Below, one piece after another: positions 7,969-17,263 of a stretch of 39,943 nt of DNA. The notes beneath the pieces were generated by a model, which made no database searches, had not been told where the DNA came from, and saw only the letters and a program-made list of their open reading frames with translations. Numbering within the stretch: the first letter of the stretch is position 1; every line of letters begins with the position of its first letter. Source of the stretch: Saprospiraceae bacterium (GTDB taxonomy: Bacteria > Bacteroidota > Bacteroidia > Chitinophagales > Saprospiraceae); NCBI GenBank assembly GCA_049317805.1, contig JBMOHO010000001.1:1-39943 (forward strand), read 5' to 3'. Both the position numbers and the translations under genes were made by a program.

Positions 7969-10215
7969 ATGCGTATGTTGACTTATTTACACAAGTTAAG
8001 ATTTTTCTACCTGCTGGCCATCGCCACTGTGGTGCTGATGTTGGCGCTCAACCAGTGGGTGGCACAACGCCTGCTGCACAAGCAGGAAGCCGACGGGCAA
8101 GTGGTCAATGTGGCCGGTCGTCAACGCATGCTCAGCCAGCGCTTGTCCAAGCTCGCGCTGCTGTATGCCCAAGACACGCCAGAGCCTGAAGCAACAGCGT
8201 GGCAAAAAGAGTTTTTTGGAAGCCTGGAGCTGTTTACCACGTCACACAAGCGCTTGTTATCAGGCCAGGTGGCACAAGGCGAATATGCTCCGCTCAGCGA
8301 CACCATCCGGCAGATGTACGCCGACCTGGACGTATACTACCTGCCGCTCACCAATGCCTTGAATCTTTTTGCTGAAAAAACGAAAACGCATCAGGATGTA
8401 ACGGAAGAACGGAAACAAATTCTGCGCTATGAACAGCTTTTTCTGACCAATATGGACGCCATCGTCTTCCAGCACGCCAATGAGTCCAAAGCAAAAATAT
8501 TTCAGTTGCAACGATGGGAAAACTGGCTGCTGGCGGTTGCATTGATTGCCCTGGCGATTGAATTGTTGTTCATTTTCAGGCCAATGTTGATCAAACTGGA
8601 ACAAACACTCCAGGAAAATGCGGTTTATCAGGAAGAATTAAAAGGCATTGCAGCCTCCAATGCCTTAGCCAAAGAAAAAGCGGAGGCCGACAGCAAAGCC
8701 AAATCAGCCTTCCTGTCGAACATGAGCCATGAAATTCGCACCCCCATGAACGGGGTCATGGGCATGGCCGAACTGATGGCCTACACGCCGCTGGACAAAA
8801 CCCAGCAAGACTATCTGCACATCATTCGCACCAGCGCAGACAACCTCTTGCGCATCATCAATGACATCCTCGACTTTTCAAAGATTGAAGCGGGCGGCAT
8901 CCAATTAGACCTACACAGCTATTCACTGCGTACGTTGGTGGAAGAAGCCCTCGACCTCCTGTCGGTCAAAGCGGCCGAGAAAAACATTGATTTGCTTTAC
9001 CACCTTGATGAACGCGTGCCTGAACGACTGCGTTTTGACTCTACCCGCCTGCGTCAGGTGTTGTTGAACCTGGTGGGCAATGCCGTTAAATTTACCCACA
9101 AGGGGCACGTGGACGTGCGGGTGTATTTTTTATCGGAAACCGATACCCATGTAGAACTCAACTTTCAGGTGATCGATTCCGGTATTGGCATTCCGACGGA
9201 CAAGCAGGACATGCTTTTTACCGCTTTTACACAGGCGGAAGTGCACATAGCGCGGGATTATGGCGGCACTGGCCTCGGTCTGGCCATCAGCAGCCACATG
9301 GTGCGGGTGATGGGCGGCGAACTGCGGGTGGAAAGCCAGGTGGGGCACGGTTCTAATTTTTTCTTTATTCTGCCCTTCGAAAAGGAGACGCGTTTATTGG
9401 AAAACAACCCGGTGGAGACCGATCACCTCGCCGGAAAAACCGCCCTGTTGGTAGATGACAACGCAGCCAACCGCAGCCTCATGGAAGAGCTGTGCAGGCG
9501 ATGGGGCATGCAAACCATGAGCGCCTCCGACGGACAACAGGCACTTACGCTGGCCAATTCGCTGGCTGTGGGGCCCGATTTTGCGTTGCTCGACATGAAT
9601 ATGCCCGGCATGGACGGGTTGGCTTTGCGGACGGCTTTGGGTCATTTGCCGGCTTGGAAAGACACCCAGTATGTCCTCTTGAGCTCTTCCGCTTTTAGTG
9701 AACGAAAAGGCAGCAGTGGCTTTGATGCTTCTCTGACCAAACCAGTCAAACACCTCGTGTTGCACAACGAACTGGAGGCCCTTACTCAAGGCAATACCAG
9801 AAAATTAACCGATCAAACGGTCATGTTGCCCGAGCCAGAGCAACAACCGCGACTTAAACTGCTTTTGGCAGAAGACAATGTGGTCAATCAACAGTTTATC
9901 CACCGCGCGTTGAGTAAGCTGGGCCATGAAGTAGATTTGGTTGACAATGGACAAAAAGCGTTGGAATATGCCCTCCGGACGCCATACGACCTTGTGCTGA
10001 TGGACGTGCACATGCCTGTGCTGGACGGCATGGAAGCATCTCGCCGCATACTGGCCCAAAAACCCGACACCATCATATTGGCTGTTACCGCCAACGCCAC
10101 TACTGAGGTTAAAGAAGCTTGCCTGAAAGCAGGCATGAAAGATTTCCTGTCCAAACCGTTTTCAGTAGAACAATTGGGGTGTTTGCTGTCAAAATGGGTT
10201 TCAAACAAGGATTAG
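7969..10215 (+). CDS. Hybrid sensor histidine kinase / response regulator (PilJ/NarX-type N-terminal sensor, HisKA, HATPase_c, two receiver domains)
   Basis: There is an N-terminal TM helix plus the NVAGRQRMLSQRLSK box. The H-box is FLSNMSHEIRTPMNG. HATPase motifs are LLNLVGNAVKFT and DSGIGIP...GGTGLGLAIS. The two REC domains are LLVDDNAANR...LLDMNMPGMDG and LLAEDNVVNQ...LMDVHMPVLDG. Confidence 0.85.
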   Translation: MRMLTYLHKLRFFYLLAIATVVLMLALNQWVAQRLLHKQEADGQVVNVAGRQRMLSQRLSKLALLYAQDTPEPEATAWQKEFFGSLELFTTSHKRLLSGQVAQGEYAPLSDTIRQMYADLDVYYLPLTNALNLFAEKTKTHQDVTEERKQILRYEQLFLTNMDAIVFQHANESKAKIFQLQRWENWLLAVALIALAIELLFIFRPMLIKLEQTLQENAVYQEELKGIAASNALAKEKAEADSKAKSAFLSNMSHEIRTPMNGVMGMAELMAYTPLDKTQQDYLHIIRTSADNLLRIINDILDFSKIEAGGIQLDLHSYSLRTLVEEALDLLSVKAAEKNIDLLYHLDERVPERLRFDSTRLRQVLLNLVGNAVKFTHKGHVDVRVYFLSETDTHVELNFQVIDSGIGIPTDKQDMLFTAFTQAEVHIARDYGGTGLGLAISSHMVRVMGGELRVESQVGHGSNFFFILPFEKETRLLENNPVETDHLAGKTALLVDDNAANRSLMEELCRRWGMQTMSASDGQQALTLANSLAVGPDFALLDMNMPGMDGLALRTALGHLPAWKDTQYVLLSSSAFSERKGSSGFDASLTKPVKHLVLHNELEALTQGNTRKLTDQTVMLPEPEQQPRLKLLLAEDNVVNQQFIHRALSKLGHEVDLVDNGQKALEYALRTPYDLVLMDVHMPVLDGMEASRRILAQKPDTIILAVTANATTEVKEACLKAGMKDFLSKPFSVEQLGCLLSKWVSNKD

Positions 10216-11564
10216 GATGGCGCCTGCCCGAGCGCTGTTTTGTACGTGTCTAAACACCGCGCTCTGGCAAAAGCATGATCAACCATGGGGGCAGGGTAGC
10301 GGTTGGTATTGAATTCGGGCACCCAGCGCCGGATGTATTCGTGTTTGGGGTCAAATTTTTTGGCTTGTTCAGCCGGATTAAAAATACGGAAATAGGGCGC
10401 TGCGTCGGTGCCGCAACCCGCTGCCCATTGCCAGCCTCCGGAGTTGCTGGCCAGGTCAAAATCAAGCAGTTTTTCGGCAAACCAGGCCTCGCCGAGGCGC
10501 CAGTCGATCAACAGGTGTTTGGTCAGAAAACTCGCTGTGATCATGCGTACCCGGTTGTGCATGAACCCGGTAGCTGCCAGTTCACGCATACCGGCGTCGA
10601 CAATCGGGTAACCGGTCGTGCCAGCTTTCCATCGTTCGAGGTCTTGCGGTGCGTCGCGCCAGGGCACGCGGTTGTAAGCAGGCTTAAACGGGTGGGTGGC
10701 TACGGCAGGAAAGTGCGCCAGGATTTGGCTGTAGAAATCGCGCCAAATGAGTTCATTTACAAAAACGTCGTTGAGGGCAAGAGCATGTCGCGCTTTTTCG
10801 CGGATGCTGATGGTGCCAAAACGAAAATGCACACCTAGCCGGGATGTGCCAGCCTGGGCGGGAAAATTGCGGGTTTGGTCGTAAGAGCGGATGAGTCCAC
10901 GCGATACCGAAGCTGGCGGGAATGGGATGCCGGCAGGTTCAAAACCGATGTCGTGGAGCGCAGGGTAGGGTAGGGGTGTTGTTTGAAACAAATTGTTGGC
11001 GCACTGTTCTATTGGGTACGATTTGAGGAAAGACGATTGTTTTTCACCAGTGTCGGAAGGCTCTGTTTTCGATTCGAGTTTGGCGCGCCACTTCCGGCTG
11101 TAAGGTGTGAACACGGTGTAGGGCTTGCCGTCGTCTTTCAGTACTTCATTATGTTCAAACACCACGTGGTCTTTGAAGGTATGAAACGGGATGTTGTGTT
11201 GGTTGAGCAGGTTTTGGATGTCGGCGTCGCGTTGCAGGGCGTAAGGCTCGTAGTCGCGGTTGGTGTACACCGCGCCGATGTTGAATTCGTTGAGCAGTTG
11301 GTGCCAAACGGCTATCGGTTTTCCGATTCGAATGAGCATGCTGCTGCCGTGGGCAGCCAGTTCGTCGCGCAGGTTTCCAAGGGCCTGGTGAATAAATTCC
11401 ACCCGGGCATCCTGGCGGTTGGGCAAGTCATTGAGGATGTCGGTGTCAAAGATAAACAGGGGCAACACCGGCAGGGGGGCTTTAAGGGCATGGTACAGGC
11501 CTGCGTTGTCGTGCAGGCGCAGGTCGCGGCGGTGCCAAAAGACGGCGCAGGGTGGATTGAGCAT
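10212..11564 (-). CDS. Deoxyribodipyrimidine photolyase / cryptochrome family protein
   Basis: Motifs seen: FWHRRDLRLHDNAGLYHAL, TSRLGVHFRFGTISIRE, WRDFY, GYPIVDAGMRELAATGFMHNRVRMITASFLTKHL and GGWQWAAGCGTDAAPYFRIFNP. The likely start is ATG 11564 (the ORF extends to 11624). Its stop overlaps the stop of the convergent kinase gene. Confidence 0.85.
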   Translation of the reverse strand: MLNPPCAVFWHRRDLRLHDNAGLYHALKAPLPVLPLFIFDTDILNDLPNRQDARVEFIHQALGNLRDELAAHGSSMLIRIGKPIAVWHQLLNEFNIGAVYTNRDYEPYALQRDADIQNLLNQHNIPFHTFKDHVVFEHNEVLKDDGKPYTVFTPYSRKWRAKLESKTEPSDTGEKQSSFLKSYPIEQCANNLFQTTPLPYPALHDIGFEPAGIPFPPASVSRGLIRSYDQTRNFPAQAGTSRLGVHFRFGTISIREKARHALALNDVFVNELIWRDFYSQILAHFPAVATHPFKPAYNRVPWRDAPQDLERWKAGTTGYPIVDAGMRELAATGFMHNRVRMITASFLTKHLLIDWRLGEAWFAEKLLDFDLASNSGGWQWAAGCGTDAAPYFRIFNPAEQAKKFDPKHEYIRRWVPEFNTNRYPAPMVDHAFARARCLDTYKTALGQAPS

Positions 11565-11669
11565 GCGGGGAGAAACAAATGGGGTGGGTGTAGGGTTTAG
11601 TACTTGTCGTCGGAAAAAAGCCAAACACGACGCACATCAACACCTCCAATAACTGTTGACTCATCATTC

Positions 11670-14081
11670 ATGAACATTAAAACCATATTAAAGGTGGTAG
11701 TACTGCTCGCCATACCATCGTTTTGCGAGGCGCAGCAAACTAGTGTAACCATTTCCGGCGCTGTAAAAGAACAGGGCACACAATCGGCAATGGCATTCGT
11801 GAGCGTCGTACTCAAAACGGAGCGAGACAGCGCCTTTGTTGCAGGCGTCATAACCGACGAAAATGGCCGGTTTTCGATTGCGAACCAAAAGCCCGGAAGT
11901 TATTTGCTGGAGGTATCGTTCATGGGCTATGCCACATACCGACAGCCGCTTTTTGTAGGCAATTTGACCAATTTTCTGGATGTAAAAAGCATTGAATTGC
12001 AAGAAAATGCATCCAACTTGGAAGAGGTTTTGATCACCGGAAAACAACAGGTGATCAGCGATAAAATGGATAAAAAAACGTATTCCGTCGCAGACAACCT
12101 CAGTCAGGGCGGTGGCTCGGTGCTTCAGGCCATGCAAAACCTGCCGGGCGTGACGGTGCAGGATGGCAAGGCGCAGCTTCGGGGCAGCGATAAAGTAACC
12201 GTGTTGATAGACGGCAAACAAACAGCGTTGACCGGATTCGGCAGCCAGTCAGGATTAGACAACATACCCGCTTCTGCCATTGAAAAAATTGAAATCATCA
12301 ATAATCCTTCGGCAAAATACGATGCAAATGGAAATGCCGGCATCATCAACATCATTTACAAAAAGAATAAACAGGAAGGATTTAATGGCAAAGTCGGTTT
12401 ATCTGCCGGACTGGGCGCGCTGTGGGTCAAACAAGAAAATTTGCCTGATATTCGCCCACAATACCAGGCTACGCCTAAAATCAATCCATCGCTTTCGCTC
12501 AATTACAGAAAAAACAAGACCAATATCTTTTTTCAAGGCGATTACCTGTACACCCAGACCTTGAATAAAAATGAGTTTGTGGTGCGTACATACGATGACG
12601 GCACGGTGATCAATCAGCAGACCAAGAGAAACAGAAATACCGGTTTCCTGACGACCAAGGCTGGGGCAGACTGGAACATCAACGACCACAATACCCTCAC
12701 GATATCAGGATTGTTTGGCAGTGAAAAGATTATTGACCGGGGCGATCAGCCGTTTTACAACGAAGACCTGTCTGAACAGCTCCGGCTGTGGCAGTTTCTG
12801 GAAGATGAACTGAAGACAACTGTGATGGCTACCGCCGCATACCAGCATAAATTTACCGAGCCCGGCCACTTGTTGAATATTGGTTTCAACTATACTTTTC
12901 ACCGGGAGGATGAAAAATATTTCTTCGACAATATTTTGCCCACGTACACTGGTTACGACGCATTCAAACTGCTGTCTGACGAACACGTGGCAGACCTCAA
13001 CGTCGATTACGTGCGGCCTTTGAAGTACGGCAGGGTAGAGGGGGGGCTGAAATTTCGCAGGAGGGAAATACCAACCAACATGCAATTTTTTCCGGGGTTG
13101 AATTCACCCTTAGACACCAATGCCGGCGGATGGGCCACCTATTCGGAGGTCATTCCTGCCTTGTACAGCAATTATGTTTTTGAAAACAAAAAAATAGAGG
13201 CCGAGCTTGGCTTACGGGTAGAATATGTTGATTTACAGTATGATGTAAATCCAGACCACAACACCTATACCAGCGACGGATACCAGTACACCCAACCTTT
13301 TCCGAGCGTTCGATTGGCTTATAAGATTGACGAACGGCACAAGGTATCTTTGTTTTACAACCGCAGGGTAGACCGACCCAACGAAGTCGATATCCGCATT
13401 TTTCCAAAATACGACGATGCGGAAATCATCAAAGTGGGCAATCCGGCGCTGCGGCCACAGTTTACCCAAACGGTGGAGCTGGGGTACAAAGCGAGCAAAG
13501 GAAATGGCTATTTGTACGGTGCGTTTTACCACCGGGCGGCCGACAACACCATCACCCGCATTTCAAGCAGTATTCCAGGCAGCACACTGATATACGCCAT
13601 TTTTCAAAATGTCAACCGCAGCTATAATACCGGACTGGAATTTGTGGCGTCGCAGGAGCTTGAAAAATGGCTGACGTGCAACGTGAACCTCAACGTATAC
13701 CGAAACCAAATCAACGCCTTTACGGTAGAAAACCTGTATCCTACACCAAATACATTCAGCGCCGATGCGCAACAACTGGTTTCCGGAAACCTGAAAGTCA
13801 ATTCCGGGTTCCATTTGCCACATCATTGGGAATTGCAGCTGACAGCCATATGTCTGGCGCCAGACATCATACCGCAAGGCAAAGTGGAAGGTCGGTTCTC
13901 CCTGGATGGCGGGGCAAAAAAAACAGTGCATAACGGAAAAGGAGAATGGTTTCTAAACGCTACCGATATGCTGAATACAATGGTCATCCGCAAACAACTG
14001 ACAGGCGATGGATTTTCGTACACCAGCGCTGATTACTATGAGACACAGGTGTTTAGGATTGGATACAACCAGAAATTTTGA
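11670..14081 (+). CDS. TonB-dependent receptor / outer-membrane beta-barrel protein with N-terminal CarboxypepD_reg domain
   Basis: The likely start is ATG 11670 (MNIKTILKVVVLLAIPSFCEAQ signal). VTISGAVKEQG...GVITDENGRFSIANQKPGSYLLEVSFMGY is a CarboxypepD_reg fold. The plug region reads VLQAMQNLPGVTVQDG. It ends in an aromatic residue (...RIGYNQKF). Confidence 0.8.
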   Translation: MNIKTILKVVVLLAIPSFCEAQQTSVTISGAVKEQGTQSAMAFVSVVLKTERDSAFVAGVITDENGRFSIANQKPGSYLLEVSFMGYATYRQPLFVGNLTNFLDVKSIELQENASNLEEVLITGKQQVISDKMDKKTYSVADNLSQGGGSVLQAMQNLPGVTVQDGKAQLRGSDKVTVLIDGKQTALTGFGSQSGLDNIPASAIEKIEIINNPSAKYDANGNAGIINIIYKKNKQEGFNGKVGLSAGLGALWVKQENLPDIRPQYQATPKINPSLSLNYRKNKTNIFFQGDYLYTQTLNKNEFVVRTYDDGTVINQQTKRNRNTGFLTTKAGADWNINDHNTLTISGLFGSEKIIDRGDQPFYNEDLSEQLRLWQFLEDELKTTVMATAAYQHKFTEPGHLLNIGFNYTFHREDEKYFFDNILPTYTGYDAFKLLSDEHVADLNVDYVRPLKYGRVEGGLKFRRREIPTNMQFFPGLNSPLDTNAGGWATYSEVIPALYSNYVFENKKIEAELGLRVEYVDLQYDVNPDHNTYTSDGYQYTQPFPSVRLAYKIDERHKVSLFYNRRVDRPNEVDIRIFPKYDDAEIIKVGNPALRPQFTQTVELGYKASKGNGYLYGAFYHRAADNTITRISSSIPGSTLIYAIFQNVNRSYNTGLEFVASQELEKWLTCNVNLNVYRNQINAFTVENLYPTPNTFSADAQQLVSGNLKVNSGFHLPHHWELQLTAICLAPDIIPQGKVEGRFSLDGGAKKTVHNGKGEWFLNATDMLNTMVIRKQLTGDGFSYTSADYYETQVFRIGYNQKF

Positions 14082-14229
14082 TCTCCGGATGGTGAGTGTC
14101 AATTACGGGATGAGTTTGTGGAGAGCCAAAAGAGAGGTCTAAACCGGCCTTCAAACTTTCACTATAATTTATATTATGTTAAATAGCGAGGAATAATATC
14201 TTCATACTGGGAAAAGTCTAATCTATTGG

Positions 14230-14976
14230 TTACCCACGAAGCGTATTGATTGTACCGGGCCTTTTTATCACCACTTTAAACTGTTCTGCATCCTTGTCGT
14301 TGATGAATTCAATATGTGGCCACGCCTTCAAGGATCGCAGGATGCCACTGCCAATGCCCCGATAAGGCAGCACATCAGGGGCAAGTGAAGTGAGTATGGT
14401 ATTGCGAGAGCGACGAATACCCGCCCGGATTTGTGCTTCTGTGAGGTTATTGGGCAACTTGCCCGGGCTGATGATTTCGATGCGGTTGTCGAACACGAAT
14501 AATTTGATGCTGTCGTGAATGAAATAATCCCGGTGGAGCAATGCGTTCACAAGCAACTCTTTCAATACGATTTCCGGAATCTCCAGGTCACCAAGGCTGT
14601 TAAAGTCCTTGCCATTTTGAGGACGGTGGAGCGCTCGTTTGAGGAAATCGAGACCACGCATATAACATTGGGTGAGCGTACCACGAATGTCCTCGCTGCT
14701 GTGGTATTGTGATCCGGAAATATCGTCGCCTACAAACCAGACAGCTGAAATATGGAACTGTGGCAACACTTTTTCCGGGTGCTTGGCAAAAAGCAATGCT
14801 CCTGCTACATTCAGGCGGTCACCATCGGCAAGCCGAAGGTTGGCGAGCAGGCGGGGCAGATCGGATTCATCAAGTGCGTTTTGGTATTTTGTCTCGTAAA
14901 ATGCCCTAAAGTCGCGCACATCCAATTCGTCAGCAATGGTGAAGGGCAAGGACATTTCTTCGGCATAGAGATCCAT
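14230..14976 (-). CDS. HATPase_c_4-type ATP-binding protein (RecG-like 'putative transcriptional regulator' family), apparently lacking the usual N-terminal AlbA_2 domain
   Basis: NVAGALLFAKHPEKVLPQFHI, PEIVLKELLVNALLHRDY, IEIISPGKLPNNLT and RSRNTILTSL match the middle and C-terminal parts of that family as I remember it. The ORF is only 248 aa and begins 9 nt after the amt stop, so the N-terminal ~130-aa domain seen in full-length members is missing. Confidence 0.5.
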   Translation of the reverse strand: MDLYAEEMSLPFTIADELDVRDFRAFYETKYQNALDESDLPRLLANLRLADGDRLNVAGALLFAKHPEKVLPQFHISAVWFVGDDISGSQYHSSEDIRGTLTQCYMRGLDFLKRALHRPQNGKDFNSLGDLEIPEIVLKELLVNALLHRDYFIHDSIKLFVFDNRIEIISPGKLPNNLTEAQIRAGIRRSRNTILTSLAPDVLPYRGIGSGILRSLKAWPHIEFINDKDAEQFKVVIKRPGTINTLRG

Positions 14977-14985
14977 CTGTAATAC

Positions 14986-16335
14986 TTAACGTTTAAAACT
15001 CTTCCCTTGCAAAAACACCGACTCCTCGTGCTGCGAAATGTCCAAGCCCATCAGTTCTTCTTCTTCTGATACCCGCAATGGCGTAAAAAACGCTACCAAA
15101 CGATACAGTAATAATGAGCCAAAAAAAGTAAACGCGCTCACCATGAGTAGCGCCAGCATGTGATTGAGAAACAAAGTCGTTTCTCCGGTGATCAGTCCGC
15201 CTTTGGTGGCAAACACTCCGGTGAGGATCATGCCCACAATGCCACCCACCCCGTGGCAAGGGAATACGTCGAGCGTATCGTCGAGGTCAGATTTTGATTT
15301 CCAGTGCACCGACAGGTTGCACACAATGGCAGCCAGCATACCAATGAACAGGCTGCTGCCGAAACTGACATACCCGGCCGCCGGTGTGATGGCCACCAAT
15401 CCGACCACCGCCGCTACACAGGCACCTACTGCCGACACTTTCTTGCCGCGCACAATGTCAAACAGCATCCACGCCAGCATGGCAGAAGCCGACGCCAGGT
15501 TGGTATTGATGAACGCCTGCACGGCCAGCGCGTTGGACTCCAGGGCGCTGCCCGCGTTGAACCCGAACCACCCGAACCACAACAGACCGGTGCCCAGGAT
15601 GACAAAAGGCACATTCACAGCGGTGTGGCCTTTTTGTTCCAGGTGCGATTTGCGGCGGCCCAAAAACATGGCACCCGCCAAAGCGGCAAAACCCGCCGAA
15701 ATGTGCACCACCGTGCCCCCCGCAAAATCGAGCACGCCCATTTTAAAAAACAAGCCCTCCGGATGCCAGGTCATGTGCGCCAGCGGACAGTAAATCAGCA
15801 ATGAAAACAAACAAATAAAGATGACGTAACCCCAGAAACGCACGCGTTCGGCAAATGAACCCGTGATGAGCGCCGGGGTAATGATGGCAAACTTCAACTG
15901 GAAAGCGGCAAACAACACAAATGGCAGCGTAGGCCCCATGCGCTCATGGGCAGCCAGCCCTACATTGTCGAAAAACAAAAAAGTGCCCGGATGGCCGATC
16001 ACGCCCCCAATGTCGTCGCCAAAAGCCAGGCTAAAACCCACCACGTACCACAGCAAACTCACAATGCCCAGGGTAACAAAACTTTGCAACATGGTGGAAA
16101 TGATGCTTCGGGCGTTGACCATGCCGCCGTAAAAAAACGACAAACCGGGCGTCATGAGCAATACCAGGCCGGAAGCAGAGAGCATAAACGCAATGTTGCC
16201 GGTGTCAAAGGTTCCCCCTTCAGGATGTCGAGACGGGTAAAACGCAGACAGGGCCGTCAACACGATAAATATGCAAAAAATGACGACCGATATGTTTCGG
16301 CTGTTGTTGGTGGTTTTGTCCTGAAGGTTGGCCAT
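14986..16335 (-). CDS. amt: Ammonium transporter (Amt family)
   Basis: It has multiple TM helices and typical Amt segments: FYGGMV, DFAGGTVVHISAGFAALAGAMFLGRR, GTGLLWFGWFGFNAGS and DVFPCHGVGGIVGMILTGVF. The likely start is ATG 16335 (MANLQDK); the ORF extends to 16446. Confidence 0.9.
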   Translation of the reverse strand: MANLQDKTTNNSRNISVVIFCIFIVLTALSAFYPSRHPEGGTFDTGNIAFMLSASGLVLLMTPGLSFFYGGMVNARSIISTMLQSFVTLGIVSLLWYVVGFSLAFGDDIGGVIGHPGTFLFFDNVGLAAHERMGPTLPFVLFAAFQLKFAIITPALITGSFAERVRFWGYVIFICLFSLLIYCPLAHMTWHPEGLFFKMGVLDFAGGTVVHISAGFAALAGAMFLGRRKSHLEQKGHTAVNVPFVILGTGLLWFGWFGFNAGSALESNALAVQAFINTNLASASAMLAWMLFDIVRGKKVSAVGACVAAVVGLVAITPAAGYVSFGSSLFIGMLAAIVCNLSVHWKSKSDLDDTLDVFPCHGVGGIVGMILTGVFATKGGLITGETTLFLNHMLALLMVSAFTFFGSLLLYRLVAFFTPLRVSEEEELMGLDISQHEESVFLQGKSFKR

Positions 16336-16376
16336 GTTGCTGCTAAATGGTTTTAATGGTATTCTCCGAATGGGCG

Positions 16377-16384
16377 CAAAGTTA
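16377..16384 (-). promoter_or_regulatory. Candidate -7 promoter box (TAnnTTTG) for amt
   Basis: The minus strand reads TAACTTTG, 42 nt upstream of ATG 16335. Short motif, positional support only. Confidence 0.35.
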
Positions 16385-16450
16385 GGTGATGAACGGGATT
16401 TATTTGACGAGGCAGCGGCCACAAAAAAGACCGCGCCCCAAAACACACAT

Positions 16451-16480
16451 GTTACAATAATGCCATACTTGGTTACAATA
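16451..16480 (+). promoter_or_regulatory. Direct repeat GTTACAATA-N12-GTTACAATA (21-bp period) in the amt / 16530 divergent intergenic region
   Basis: GTTACAATA occurs at 16451-16459 and 16472-16480. The identical 9-mer pair with the identical 21-bp period recurs at 26608-26637. The spacers are not conserved. Confidence 0.4.
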
Positions 16481-16529
16481 CGCCTACTCCAGTGCTTCCG
16501 ATGCCCCGAATTTTGTGAAAAATTTCCTC

Positions 16530-17084
16530 ATGAAAACTTCATCTCTTTTTTGCCTATTGTTTTTGATTCTGCCCGCTTGTATGAGCGCTCAGGCAGACGA
16601 CCAGCTTGGCGGCATGGACAGTGAACGGTACGTGTACGTCAACCGTTGGGTGTCGCCGGTGTTCAGCGATTTCGTTTCCGTCACCCAGGATCATGCTTCC
16701 GACGCCCAGATGACAAGCTGGGGCTACACCAAAAAAACGTACCAGTACTCCGGCTGGCTGTACAAACCCGCACCCAATGCCGTAGCCGTGTACCGGTGGA
16801 CGATGCCCAACTGCAAGGAGTTCATCGTGCTGGCCGAACACGAGCATACCGACACGCAGTTGACTGATTGGGGGTACACCGACAAAACATTTATGTTTTA
16901 TGCCTACAAAACCCGTTTGAACGACGACTTCGCTGCCGTCAACCGCTGGGTGAATGCCCTTCCAAACGGCAACCCTTGTCGCGATTACACCCTGAGCGTC
17001 CTTGAATCTGAATTCACCGACCAGCAGTTGACAGCCTGGGGATACCGCGACAAAAAGACGCAGTTTTACGTACTCAAGCCGTAG
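16530..17084 (+). CDS. Secreted protein (possible lipoprotein) made of three ~60-aa internal repeats
   Basis: The likely start is ATG 16530 (MKTSSLFCLLFLILPACMSAQ). The three repeats are VNRWVSP...DAQMTSWGYTKKTYQYSGWLYKP, VYRWTMP...DTQLTDWGYTDKTFMFYAYKT and VNRWVNA...DQQLTAWGYRDKKTQFYVLKP. Confidence 0.6.
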   Translation: MKTSSLFCLLFLILPACMSAQADDQLGGMDSERYVYVNRWVSPVFSDFVSVTQDHASDAQMTSWGYTKKTYQYSGWLYKPAPNAVAVYRWTMPNCKEFIVLAEHEHTDTQLTDWGYTDKTFMFYAYKTRLNDDFAAVNRWVNALPNGNPCRDYTLSVLESEFTDQQLTAWGYRDKKTQFYVLKP

Positions 17085-17115
17085 CAAAATTGGGTCAAAA
17101 CATACCCGTACAAGC

Positions 17116-17141
17116 GGGGAGTGGCGCGCATGCCGCTCCCC
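17116..17141 (+). terminator. GC-rich hairpin downstream of the repeat-protein gene (candidate intrinsic terminator without a U-tract)
   Basis: GGGGAGTGGC-GCGCAT-GCCGCTCCCC forms a 10-bp stem with one G-T pair. It lies 32 nt after the stop at 17084. Confidence 0.45.
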
Positions 17142-17216
17142 TACCCTGCCGCATGCGCTGACGCCTGAAAAATTTTTGCATTTTCATAAAAATATATGTT
17201 GTAATGTAAAAAATGC

Positions 17217-17224
17217 TACATTTG
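17217..17224 (+). promoter_or_regulatory. Candidate -7 promoter box (TAnnTTTG) for the S8 peptidase / TPR-CHAT pair
   Basis: TACATTTG lies 40 nt upstream of ATG 17264 in an AT-rich intergenic region. Confidence 0.4.
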
Positions 17225-17263
17225 CGGTATAAAGGTCATTTCAAACCCTAAATTTCAGAACCA

